This document shows, piece after piece, positions 26,428-37,587 of a stretch of 53,512 nt of DNA. The stretch's first letter is position 1, and every line of letters begins with the position of its first letter. The DNA is from Catajapyx aquilonaris (taxonomy: Eukaryota), in NCBI GenBank assembly GCA_000934665.2, contig JYFJ02002635.1, positions 1-53,512 of the forward strand. The letters are read 5' to 3'. The notes beneath the pieces were generated by a model. It was not told where the DNA came from. It saw nothing but the letters and a program-made list of their open reading frames with translations, and did no database searches. A program made the translations under genes and the position numbers.

Positions 26428-27075
26428 AGGGGGTACTCACTCGACTGTAAAGTGTACACCGGGTTACCAAATTCAAGGAGTTATGTGCAATCTGAGAAAT
26501 AAGTCGTCACCACTCTGGGTCAAGGGTTTTACGATAAGGACAAGCGACGAAGAAATATGTCAGCTTTGTAACATGGGAGACCCATTTATGCTTCACCACT
26601 TAATGATGGAGTGTAAACAAACGAGATTCCTCTGGAGAAGATTTCTAATAAACCTGCCTACAGCACCACCGGACAGATTACACTGGTTGGTTGCAGCCCC
26701 AACTGTTGAGTCATCATATGCAATATACTGTTTCATTCTGCAGGTCTCAAAAATCCTGGACTTATATGAAGTGAGATGAGTTATCCTGGTCTAGCTATAC
26801 AAATTGGATTGTGACAAATGTTATTTATTTATTTATTTATTTATTATTTTTTCTTCATTCTTTTGACAAGTAGTTTGTAAATATATTGTTGGGTTTAAAA
26901 AGAGCTCAGTTATGTAATAGTCATGTAACAACAGAAGGAGGTCCCCCAAAGGGGCCAATATGGCCCAGAACGGGGTAAGATAAATAAAAAAATAAAATTC
27001 AAGGAGTACCGAACCGACGAGTACCAAAGAGTACAACTGCAGGTGTACACCAGAGTACCGAAGTGAGTACCCCCT
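26428..27075. mobile_element. MITE (TIR AGGGGGTACTCACT) hosting a LINE insertion
   Basis: Inverted termini at 26428 and 27075; a related uninterrupted sequence lies at ~39553-39605. Confidence 0.7.
26482..26994 (+). mobile_element. 5'-truncated non-LTR retrotransposon (ORF2 C-terminal zinc knuckle + 3' UTR)
   Basis: ORF 26483-26779 has CQLC-x9-H-x4-C (CQLCNMGDPFMLHHLMMEC); A-rich tail; 13-bp TSD AAATTCAAGGAGT at 26469-26481 and 26995-27007. Confidence 0.88.
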
Positions 27076-27669
27076 TGGATAATACGATGTATTGCATCAG
27101 AAAAAGTATTGCAACCAAAAAATCAAGCATTAAAAGACGTGATTAACCAATACCACTGAAATTATGAGGTTCTCTCCTTCACCTTCGACTGAAAATGTCC
27201 CTGGGACTGTAACTCGACATGCTAAACTCTTTTTGAGCAGAAGTGAAATGGTTTATAAACCTGTACGGTCAACAGTTGTGGGCAGTGATATACACCATTC
27301 ATTTCAAGATGTAATTCATTTTCGAATTAACTATTTCAGATGAAATGTATGGAATGGAAATGAAGGCAATTGGGAAGATTGGGGAGGAAATATTGATGGA
27401 AAACAAAATAATAGGACTGGAGAATATGGTAAATGAATACAAAAGAATCAATCCATTTTCAAATGAGTGATGCCAATCTCTGGTTAGGGAATTTTGGAAT
27501 TACTTTGATCACAACTCCTCCTAAAAGCTACTGTTCTCACTGATCAAGCACTAGCTTCCAATATCCACTGGCTTTCATATTTATTGCCTAATGTATGGAC
27601 AGCTTCAGCACTTCAACACAACATGAGGTGTACTATTGTAATAATGCTCACCATGTCCAGGATAGTAGA

Positions 27670-27950
27670 TATGGCAAATGAAGGGTTGAGGCATCTGCTG
27701 ATGACAGCACCTCGCATTGCTTGATTCCAGAAGTTGATTTGGATGCGGCCAAAGTGGTTGTGGGTTTCGCAGAATCAGGCAGGTGATGTCATGAACCAAT
27801 CAGACGCACCATCATTCTGCAAGGTGTAATGAGTACAGGTCATTGAGAGTGCTCATTGCCTCTTTGTGGCAATTATACATACTTCGCCATGCAGTGACTT
27901 TTGCACAGTTACATGTAGGCTAATAGTTGTTATCAAAAGAATTAGCTAGG

Positions 27951-28033
<83 letters not shown>

Positions 28034-28990
28034 TCTTGGGTATAGTGCCTGACCCTATAGAGGGTATGCGGCACGGACCTTTATTGTAACTTGTAGCTAG
28101 TACATAGACCATATTTTTTAAATGCCCGGGCCCACGGGCAGGATGACAGGAGGGGATGTGCAAGGTGGAGTGCAATGTCTTAAACGTGGCCATTTTTAGT
28201 GAATTCCCCCGGGTGGTTTAGTCTGTTGGAAATACCACCCGAGACGAAGCCAGAGGTGACCCTGAACTCTGCACGAGATTGAGCCCGGGCTGGGATCGAA
28301 CCCGGGACCTTAACATCCGTGGGCGCATACGTTACCGCAGCACCACTCCACCTCCCCGGCTACTAATTATAGGTTGCATTGCCACACAATCAAGTGCTTT
28401 GTCTTAGAACTTTTAATGCCATTAGCAGACTACAAATTCCACCAAGATGTTTGATGCCTGCAAATAACCTAGAACCTTCACATAAATGAGACTGGATGAA
28501 CTTCTGCAAGATCAACATCTTTGTCACCAATAATAATAATTGTGGGCAGTCTTGAACTACTGTTCTTCAAATCTTGCAATTAAGTTATCGTCACTGATAC
28601 AATCAAGGTCACAGCTATTACCAAACACACAATTTCAACCCAATCAGTTCAGCAGATATATGTGTCAAAGAACCTTTCATTTGACTTAATTGGCAAATTA
28701 ATTCACTATAGCGAACTGAAAACAATGGACGTAAGACAAATAGGAAGTTAATGGCGAATGAAAACCGATGGATCCAGTTACGACTTGTATTGAATTAATA
28801 ATTTGCCAATTAGGTCTAATGGGCTTAAAGTGCTCAAGAACTGAAAAGATCGACATATTGAATGTGTGTCAGCCAAATACATCTTCACTTAAATAGTTAC
28901 TTTTAATACCTTCAACACTACACATTAAGTTGCCACTATTCACATCTGTGAATAATATATGATTCATTTCTGCTGTAGTATGACTTGGCA
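27670..28990 (+). repeat. First unit of an old local tandem duplication (second unit ~31015-31740)
   Basis: Blocks GGCATCTG.TGATGACAGC...TTGATTCCAGAAGTTGATTTG... and TGTCAGCCAAATA...CACATCTGTGAATAATA recur in the same order. Confidence 0.85.
27957..28357 (-). mobile_element. tRNA-derived SINE family C with compound (CTA)n(ATA)n tail
   Basis: B-box GGGTTCGATCCC on the minus strand; homologous to 48420-48754; TSD GGCTACTA; empty site in the duplicate near 31310. Confidence 0.88.
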
Positions 28991-29016
28991 TATTATTATG
29001 GGATCATTCAAGCTCA

Positions 29017-30279
29017 CAAGGGAAGTGTAAGTGTTGTCCGTGGAGTTTCTGAAAGAAACTTGGCACAGTAATATAGGCAGGTAAGTTATTAAAGAAAATG
29101 CAAACAATTTAGGCGGATGCCCACAAGGTCAAAAGCTATGACCTCTAGAACTCACAAGGGACACTTTCCAAGGTCTCCCGATTTTCTTGAAATTCGGTAC
29201 ATTGGTAGGCCACCCCAAGGGATGAAAAACACACATAAAGTGACCCGCTCCAAATGACCTGGTGACCCCTTTTTGTGGGGCAGAGGTCAAGTCTTAAATG
29301 CCGAAAACTCACCCATTTTCTTGAAATTCGGTGCATTGGTAGCCCCCAGTCATTTTGAGCAGTAGTTGACGTTAGGTGCGTTTTTCATCCCTTAGGGTGG
29401 GCTACCAATGTACCGAATGTCAAGCAAATCGGTGAGACCTTGGAAAGTGTCCCCTGTGATTTCGATAGGTCATAACTTTTGACCTTGTGGGCATCCGCCT
29501 AAATTGTTTGCATTTTCTTTAATCACTTACCTGCCTATATTACTGTGCCAAGTTTCATTCAGAAACTCCACGGACAACACTTGAATGACCCAGTATGGAA
29601 AGGGCATAAGTCCATGAGACCTAATTTTACAGGGGAGACAAAAAACTGAAATGCGGCATTGTAAATTCGTCAAGGTGGTCGGACTCGCGGGAATGTTGAT
29701 CTTAGTCGACATTGGCATCTTGTTGAGCAGAGTTCGGTGGAAAACGCGTCATGACAGATGCGTGAGAGCGATTTAAAGGGACGGGACTTACGTCCTTTTC
29801 ATTCTGAAAGATGGCAGGATGAGAAAATCTGTGCCGTTCTGTCACATGATAACATAACACACAATAATACATGTATTATTGTGTGTTACTTATGTTATCA
29901 TGTGACAGAACGGCACAGATTTTCTCATCCTGCCATCTTTCAGAATGAAAGAGACGTAAGTCCCGTCCCTTTACTTCAACATTTTCCTGAATACATGTAG
30001 GTATTTACCGGATAATGACACGATGGACTAAGTGCATTTTCATTCCGAAGCAGCAATTTCAGCATGCAAAAGGTGTAAGTCTAGATCTTCCCCCTTTGCC
30101 ATTCTGGAGGCAATTCTGACATGCTAAAATATAGCATATGGGTGGGGACTTTCGCTCCCTCTCATACTGGATCTTATGCCCTCCATGCTGAAGAGTTTCC
30201 TTCCGCGAAAAAGTCATTTTGACCAAAAGGTGGACTTATGCCCTTTCCATTCTGGGTCATTCACTTACACTTCCCTTGT
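29017..30279. mobile_element. Fold-back element (~220-bp inverted arms) with a Sola-like element inserted in its right arm
   Basis: 29017-29238 pairs with 29372-29582, and the pairing resumes at 30267-30279 (ACACTTCCCTTGT) after the insertion. Confidence 0.85.
29583..30262. mobile_element. Sola-like non-autonomous element containing a 200-bp palindrome (29774-29973)
   Basis: TIR GAATGACCCAGWATGGAAAGGGCATAAGTCCA; 4-bp TSD ACTT (29579-29582 and 30263-30266). Confidence 0.8.
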
Positions 30280-30578
30280 CAGTTACATGAGCACTTATGT
30301 AGTGGAGCATTGTAGTATAGAAATGCGAAAGCTTTCAAACACTCTTACAAGCTTTTGATGCCAGAATGCCATTACATATGCGCCCAATAAATAGTTGCTC
30401 ATCTCTTAGCATCAATTTTTTCATGAAATCTCCGGCCTGTATTAGCCTTAGAATAGAACTGACATCACACAAGTACGACTGGCAACTTTATCAGAAGCGT
30501 AACTAACAATTAAAGTCTTATGACTCAAAGGGCAAAACTTGGAAAATAAACTTGACAATTTTTGTTGCAAAATGATTT

Positions 30579-30830
30579 GAGGGGTGTGGTGGAAAAAGGT
30601 GATAACCCCCATTTTTGTCATTTTTAACCTAAACACAGGTCTACCAACTATGTAAAAGACATGACAAATAGTTTGGCATACTCCAAGTTCACGTATCATG
30701 CACGGCAACACGGACTAGACGTAAACCCTTATTCTGTATGATTTGTGAAAAGAGTGCAAACTTCAATTAACTTAGCTCTCCAGAAAAATTACCCTTTTGT
30801 GGGTTATCACATTTTTCCACCACACCCCTC
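30579..30830. mobile_element. Sola-like MITE, 252 bp (partial second copy at ~42189-42310)
   Basis: TIR GAGGGGTGTGGTGGAAAAA; TSD ATTT. Confidence 0.82.
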
Positions 30831-33246
30831 ATTTCTGGAAAGTAACATCTGTTTGGCACAGACTGTCGCAATAGCTAGAATGTAATTTACTTCCCAGCCA
30901 TAATCTCAACAGAAAAAATTAGCATCGAGAAACATTTTTCCATGTTTGTACTGGCCAATATTTCAACAATGCTTACCATGTGCATGTCTGGTCTGCCAGA
31001 ATAGTAGGCTAGATGGAAAATGAGGGTTTCAGGCATCTGATGATGACAGCCCCTCACATCACTTGATTCCAGAAGTTGATTTGAATGAGGCCAAAGTCAT
31101 TGTTGGTTTGGCAGAATCAGACAGGTGATTCCAGAGACCAATCAATCAGATGCATCATCTGCAAAGTGTAATGAATGAGCATAGATCACATGAGAGTAAT
31201 ACTGCAACTCTTGTTGAGGGTGATCATTGCCTCTTTGTGGTACTTGTATGCTTTTATTGCCATGCAGTAACTTTTGCACAGTTACATTTAGTGGTTATCA
31301 AAAAGAATAAGCTACTAATACTAGGTTGCATGTACCCATCCTTAATAAAGGCTGCAAAAATGAATTCAATCATTCAAGGTCGATGCCAATTTTTGCATTC
31401 AGTCATTTTGCAATAGAAAATTCATTGCTTTGAAATTCTGAGCTTGGACATGTGATTCCATTCGGACTAATATTAGCAGCTAGTGCTTTTGATAACCATT
31501 ACGAGTAACTTTGTAAGAGTAACTGCCTAATAATAAGCAGCTTAGTGCAATAGAGCTGCAACAGTAATTGGACAAATATTTCTGTGAAAAATTGAAACTC
31601 AGTTTTTCAATATGTCTTTGAATTGTCAGCCAAATATCTTCATTTAAATAGTTACTTATATTGCCTTCAACACTGCACATTAAGTTGCCACTGTTCACAT
31701 CTGTGAATAATAATACAAATTTCTGCTGTAGTGTGGCTTGAAAATAATAGGCCTATATTAACTGGGAGCATGGAATGCTAAATTACATGATACAAATTAC
31801 ATGCTGGCATAGTATTACAGAAATGTTATTGTTTGTGAAGGAAATCTTGCAAACTGACATATTCTGAAGTCAAAATGGCACTACATGACATTGTACAAGA
31901 CATGATGCAATGAGAAAGTCTCGTGAGAGTTACACCAAGTACAGGGAAGTGTATCATCGAAAACAATTCTCCGGCCGCGTATATATATTGAGGGGGATTG
32001 GTTTCTGAGGTTGGCCATCAGCATATTCATTATACAGTATGTTATCTGAAACCATTATTTTCGCGGCTTTTCCTGTTTTCCCCGCCACTTCTTCCACCCT
32101 TTTCTCCTAGTCTGACATCTTTTCTCCAACTGAACCTGCGTTACTGAGCTAGTCACGGTGTGACCCGAGGTCAAGGGTCACACAATGTATTGTACTGTAT
32201 AAAGCATATACGACATACCTACCAGCTGTGCTTGTCCTTCTTTCTGAAGATTTGGAAATGGCGACCCTATACCTGCTACAGAAGCCATAAAAAGGGACAT
32301 GTCCACTAGAGCATCGACTCTCACACTCGTCAAAAACAAACAAAAAATGATAAGAAACTGCGTATGTTACCAAATTATTCTGTCTGCAATACGCCACCCC
32401 CATCATCACAGGATGTTACTCTCGAACTGATACTTCAAGGGGTACTCTCTCAAAAGCAACGTGTATCCATTGTACACAGCGTTGCGATTTTTAAAAAATG
32501 CACACTGTGTACTGCATTATGTACATTAGTTAGTACAATGCAGTACACAATTTGCTGTGTATACCATGCATACACATTGTTTTTAGAGCGCTTAAAACTT
32601 GTCATAGATAAACTCCTGCTCTATTGAAAAAATACTTGTGGATCGCTGCGAGAGCCAATAATAAATGGATATGAAGAAATTAATATGAAGAAAATCTAAC
32701 TAACTCTGTTCGAGTATATGTGCAGGAATCGCTCACCTACAATCCTGTAGTGTTGACGAGTACAAAATGAAGGATTAAAAATTGTCAAAAAACATTATCT
32801 AAAAATATGAACGTGGATCAGTTAAAAGAAAACATAATAACTTAATAATGCCGACTGTTTGAAACATTTATTATGCACATTTAATGGGAGGTTCCTGGTT
32901 ACAATTAAGCATTGCGAATGGTTCAACGAGATTGATAGTACCTGATGCAGTTGTGAACTGGGTTGCCTGAAAATCAGGTATGACGCACATTATCTAGATT
33001 CAAGTTTTTGCCATTAATAGCTCCATATTAGCCAAGCCACTAAACCAATGCAACACATGACAAATATCTACTGCATATGCGGGTAATTAGCTAGTACTGT
33101 AATACAGGCCGATGTTTAACTCGAACGAATACTTGAGTACTGGTAACGTATTTTAATGTTTAGAGGCAATCACATGCTATAAAATTGAAGCCATTTTGAT
33201 TCAAAATTTCCTTAATAATATACTGTACTTGCCTCCCTGAAGACCT

Positions 33247-33413
33247 GGCCATTGTGCAGTCCCCCAGAAGGTTAGGTTGCCAGACACCTCCTTGGTGCAG
33301 GTCAGAGACCCTCCCGACGCAGGTGAAAGGAAAGTTCCCCAGGCGGGGATCGAACCTGGGGCCTTTCACTCAGCAAGCCGTGACGTTACCATCACGGCCA
33401 CCACACCTCCCCG
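33247..33413 (-). mobile_element. SINE family B, 3'-deleted
   Basis: Reverse complement of 17157-~17325, with A and B boxes. Confidence 0.88.
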
Positions 33414-33464
33414 AAACTACAGAAATATGAAAAAGTCAAAGGGAAACAGCATGTATGAGCATAA

Positions 33465-33630
33465 AGGCCATTTCACCAAAAAAATGTCGCGCGGCAAACG
33501 GCGCGACTTGCGGCAAATTTTTGTTTTTTGTTTATTTATTGTTGCCAACAATTGGCAACAATATATATAAATAAAAATTTGCCGCAAGTCGCGCCGTTTG
33601 CCGCGCGACATTTTTTTGGTGAAATGGCCG
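33465..33630. mobile_element. PIF/Harbinger-type palindromic MITE, 166 bp
   Basis: GGCCATTTCACCAAAAAAATGTCGCGCGGC... is inverted at both ends; TAA TSD at 33462-33464 and 33631-33633. Confidence 0.85.
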
Positions 33631-33763
33631 TAACACCTTCGAGGTAATTCTGACACCTAAGCAGCCATAGTGATACAAGTTGAAAGGTAAGGCATCACCA
33701 TGTGATTTGACTTAAAGAATGCAGTAAATAGTGAGATCTTTGGTCCAATAATCGAGCATAATC

Positions 33764-35187
33764 GGACATATTAGCCGTCACCGAATTTTTTTTTCCGTCT
33801 GCGACGGCGCTGCGTTACCTAGAACCCCGTCCGGCGGGCCAATTAAAACATCAGCATGTGGAGAGTGCTTCCATTGTTGTCACTGTTTACAAATCGAGTG
33901 AGTGACGCGGACGACCCAGCGACTGGTCTCTTCTGCCTGCTCGGCTGCTCAAACATTGAGTGCGTTTACATGGGACTAAAAATCGGCCTAGCCTATGCTA
34001 GGCGAACCGGTTTACTCCCATGTAGCCGCTGGGCCTACGATAGACCGGCCTTATCTGATCCGTTGTCGGGCGCAGCCCAAGCCTTTTGGATCGGGTGGTC
34101 TACCTAAGGCGATGGCCTTGCTTAGGAAGCCTGGGTCAGGCCGATTTTTAGTCCCATGTAAACGTACTCAGTATCTGCAGGGATACGCAGGGAAAAACGG
34201 GAAAATAGTGATGTTAGAAGCAAACCACATTGGAAAAATATTATCCCTGGACTCAAAGAAAGGTTTTCGTCCACAGCACACGAAATACAATATTCCACCC
34301 CTGAGGAGGGGGTGTCAATGATTAAGATCAGGGGTGTGCTAATTCAAAGTGCGTCAACTGACGTACGGATTCTTTCGGTTTTTGTGTCTTTTCCGCGTAA
34401 TTCGACACCTCTAAGACGAATGGAGACCATGCCCCGTATGTCAGACACCACGTCAGTCTCGTAATTTGTCCCCAAAGACGTCATATCTCAAAATGGCTTC
34501 CGCTGTTCCGCATATACGAGTACGTGTCGTTCGCGTCATATTCGCGCCAGGAAGAGATACACGACTAACGCTTGTTGCAGGTGTTCATATTATTGTGTCC
34601 AACCCCTGTACGTGTCATGTTAGTCGTGTACTCTCCTGGTGCGAATATGACGCGAACGACACGTACTCGTATATGCGGAACAGCGGAAGCCATTTTGAGA
34701 TATGACGTCTTACGAGACTGGCGTAGTGTGACATATGGGGCATGGTCTCCATTCGTCTTAGAGGTGTCGAAGTACGCGGAAAAGACACAAAAACCGAAAG
34801 AATCCGTACGTCAGTTGACGCACTTTGAATTAGCACACCCCTGATCTTAATCATTGACACCCCCTCCTCAGGGGTGGAATATTGTATTTCGTGTGCTGTG
34901 GACGAAAACCTTTCTTTGAGTCCAGGGATAATATTTTTCCAACGTGGTTTGCTTCTAACATCATTATTTTTCCGTTTTCTCCTGCGTATCCCTGCCGATA
35001 CTGTGTAAGCAGGCAGAAGAGACCCGTCGCTGGGTCGTCCGCGTCACTCACTCGATTTGTAAACAGTGGCAACAATGGAAGCACTCTCCACATGCTGATG
35101 TTTGAATTGGCCCGACGGACGGGGTTGCCAGGTAACGCAGCGCCGTCGCCGACGGAAAAAAAACATTCAGCGACAGCTAATTTGTCC
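33764..35187. repeat. Largest fold-back: ~570-bp arms, 49-nt spacer
   Basis: 33764-34569 (minus the insertion) is the reverse complement of 34619-35187. Confidence 0.95.
33958..34169. mobile_element. 212-bp MITE (TIR GAGTRCGTTTACATGGGACTAAAAATCGGCCT) in the left arm only
   Basis: Inverted termini with ATT/AGT flanks; absent at the equivalent position of the right arm (~34998-35010). Confidence 0.85.
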
Positions 35188-36179
35188 AGCACTGTAGCCT
35201 ACTTAGCAGAAAAGAATGCGATGATTCACCCTAGCTTACACTTGTTTTTGCAACCAGTGAGTTAATTGCCATCATTGACAGTTATGCTCCTTCCATACCA
35301 TTGCGAGGCAGCTCTTCATTGCTGACTCGATGTTGGATCCTCCCAAAGCAGATCTAACACCTCTCAAAGTTGCTGGGGAATTTGGACACAATCAGGAGGA
35401 GGCACAAGCTGTGCTCGTTCAGGTCAGCTCTCAATTGGAAGACCTCTGAAAAAAAATGTCCAAATGTGTTAACTGCGTTGTACTGAGCATTACACAATCA
35501 CATCAAATTTAAACAAAGCATGGCCAGAGGATGAGACAGTCAGTTTTTAATAATGTGCTCCCCATTACTGCCTGCTCATAAGTAACGTTTAATTAGGATT
35601 AAATTATTCAAAATCATGAGGACTGGATATTCAGCACTTGGCATTGCATGGAATACAAAATGTTGCAAAAAAAAACTGCACAAAATTATTGGCTGTCATC
35701 CATACACTTGCCTCACCTAGTGCCTTACTGCCCTCTAAAGCTACAAGCAGACAAAAATCTTGCAATTTCACCTGGGAAAACACAAAATAATGTCTATTAG
35801 TCGCACCCGCATGTTGTAACGATTTCAACTGGAGGCCATCATGGAAAATTTCAAACTGGTCAAGGTTGCCAGACGAAAAGAACGAAGAGAAGGTAGAAGG
35901 TTGCAAATACAAATCGTTGTTGGTTCTCTGCTGCTTCTGCTGGTGTTGTTTTTGTTGTTGCTGTTTTAGTATGCCACGAATAACTAGCGCAACGAAATGA
36001 GGCAGATAAGTTGGCATCCTGTCGCTTGTTGTTGGTTAGGTTGCTACGTGGGTTGCTACATCAACTGTTGTCATGGTGAACCCCCCAGCTCACAACAGGC
36101 AGTCAACAAACTTGGTCACTTCACAGTTTGTTCTGCTTGGGACTAGTCGTGTCTTTACAACCCTCTCAGAAACAAAAAG

Positions 36180-37412
36180 ATGGGTATGTCATCTTTTAAG
36201 TGTATTTATTTCTAAACATTGTATAACCTGATTCTGTGTCACATATTGCCTTATTCTGCAGCTCCCCAAACAAAGCAAGTCGTCGAAGGTGACTCTCCTG
36301 ACTACCTCATCTTCAAGAATGAGCTGTTGACTAAGCTGTCCAAGCAGGAGGTCAAAGCCGATGGAAGCTGGGGCTCATTTGCCTGGCACAGCTGGCAGAA
36401 CCTTCCAGAGAAGAGGAAGACCAGGTTCTGGCATCTGGCCATCAAGGCCTACCGCCACAGGGAAATGCAAAACGCCGCAGACGAGATCAGGCCCCTGGAC
36501 GTGCCCGACAACATCCGCATTTTCTACGTCAAGATGCGAAGGGTAATTAATTAGCATACTTATTTTGGAATGCACGTGACCATGGCAATCAAAACTAATT
36601 AAACGAATTCGTGGGCTTGTTATGTTCGGAGTTATTGTTTTATTTGCTATGGATACGCCACAACAGGCCTTTAAACAATAAATGTCAACAATTTGACCAA
36701 AAACTATTGAAGGCATTTGATGCCAATGTTGTTTAATTTTGCTGACTGATTTTCCCCCTGTTACCAGCACTACAGGTTGAAGTTTCCCCGGTGCAATGCT
36801 TCCTACTGGATCCTTCAGGCCCTGATCGAATGGGCCAGCCTGGACGAGCGCAAGCGAGCCAAGATCACCAGGAGGGTGCCCAGGGTACTGAGTCAGAGGG
36901 TCCTCCAGCAAGGGACCGAGGGCGACTCTCAACCAAAGGCCGGTCGCTCTAAGACCAGCGTCGGTACCGAGGCGAGGCCTGCCAAGAGGGGAAAGGGCCG
37001 CCCACCCCACGATGCTGCTGGAAGGAAGAAGCAGCAAGGCAGGAAAGAGTCCGGCCTATCGCGTAGGGAGGTGTCCGCCATCGCCCTGGCTCTGGCCAAG
37101 GCCTCTGGGAGGAAGTACTCTTCCGGCAAGGCGGGCACGAGGACTCTTGAGGATGTCGCCAAGAAGGTTGCCAAGAGGGGGGTTGCAGCTGCACCCAAGA
37201 AGGTTGCCAAGAGCGGGGTTGCAGCTGCACCCAAGAAGGTTGCCAAGAGGGGGGTTGCAGCTGCACCCAAGAAGGTTGCCAAGAGGGGGGTTGCAGCTGC
37301 ACCCAAGAAGGTTGCCAAGAGGGGGGTTGCAGCTGCAGCCAGGAAGATGCTGGCTAAGGTGGCCCCCATGTTCAGGGAGGAGGAGGAAGCCCCTGATGAA
37401 CCTCAGGCTTAG
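36180..37412 (+). CDS. 3-exon gene (36180-36183, 36262-36542, 36768-37412), 309 aa: tandem divergent HMG-box-like domains, AT-hook-like motif and H1-like Lys/Ala repeat tail
   Basis: ATGG|GTATGT..TTCTGCAG and AGG|GTAATT..GTTACCAG give a continuous 930-nt frame; GC-rich exons and AT-rich introns; motifs YLIF..WQNLPEKRKTRF...A and F....R.......P...WASLDERKR; AATAAA at 37582. Confidence 0.85.
37159..37338 (+). repeat. Coding minisatellite, 5 x 36 bp (KKVAKRGVAAAP)
   Basis: CCAAGAAGGTTGCCAAGAGGGGGGTTGCAGCTGCAC repeated five times with only two substitutions. Confidence 0.97.
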
Positions 37413-37581
37413 GACTTCCACAGAGTCTTTGGCTGCTCAGGAGCAAGTGGAGGGGGGCAACTATGCTGGCGAGCCCCCGGTTGATGTGTAAAGCAGGCAG
37501 CAAGTGAGAAGTAGCCAGCTTACAAGCGCATTTTAAAAATGTACAAATTCTAAAACACTTGGGCGATTATTTTTTTAAAAT

Positions 37582-37587
37582 AATAAA
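37582..37587 (+). promoter_or_regulatory. Polyadenylation signal of the HMG-box gene
   Basis: AATAAA 170 nt after the stop, followed by a T/GT-rich stretch. Confidence 0.65.

Noticed and set aside
33856..35265. Paired ORFs with near-identical peptides on opposite strands
   Set aside because: A by-product of the inverted duplication; no recognisable domain
35631..36017. 128-aa poly-Q ORF divergent from the HMG gene
   Set aside because: Low complexity with no domain, and the nearby candidate exon at ~35446-35300 has stops in all frames; at most a non-coding divergent transcript
37159..37338. CRISPR-like array of 36-bp repeats
   Set aside because: The units are contiguous with no spacers, lie in a coding frame, and the DNA is eukaryotic with no cas genes
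36375..37491. Overlapping ORFs on the other frames and strand (220, 146, 117, 159, 121 aa)
   Set aside because: Shadows of the GC-rich, repeat-containing exon 3 of the HMG gene
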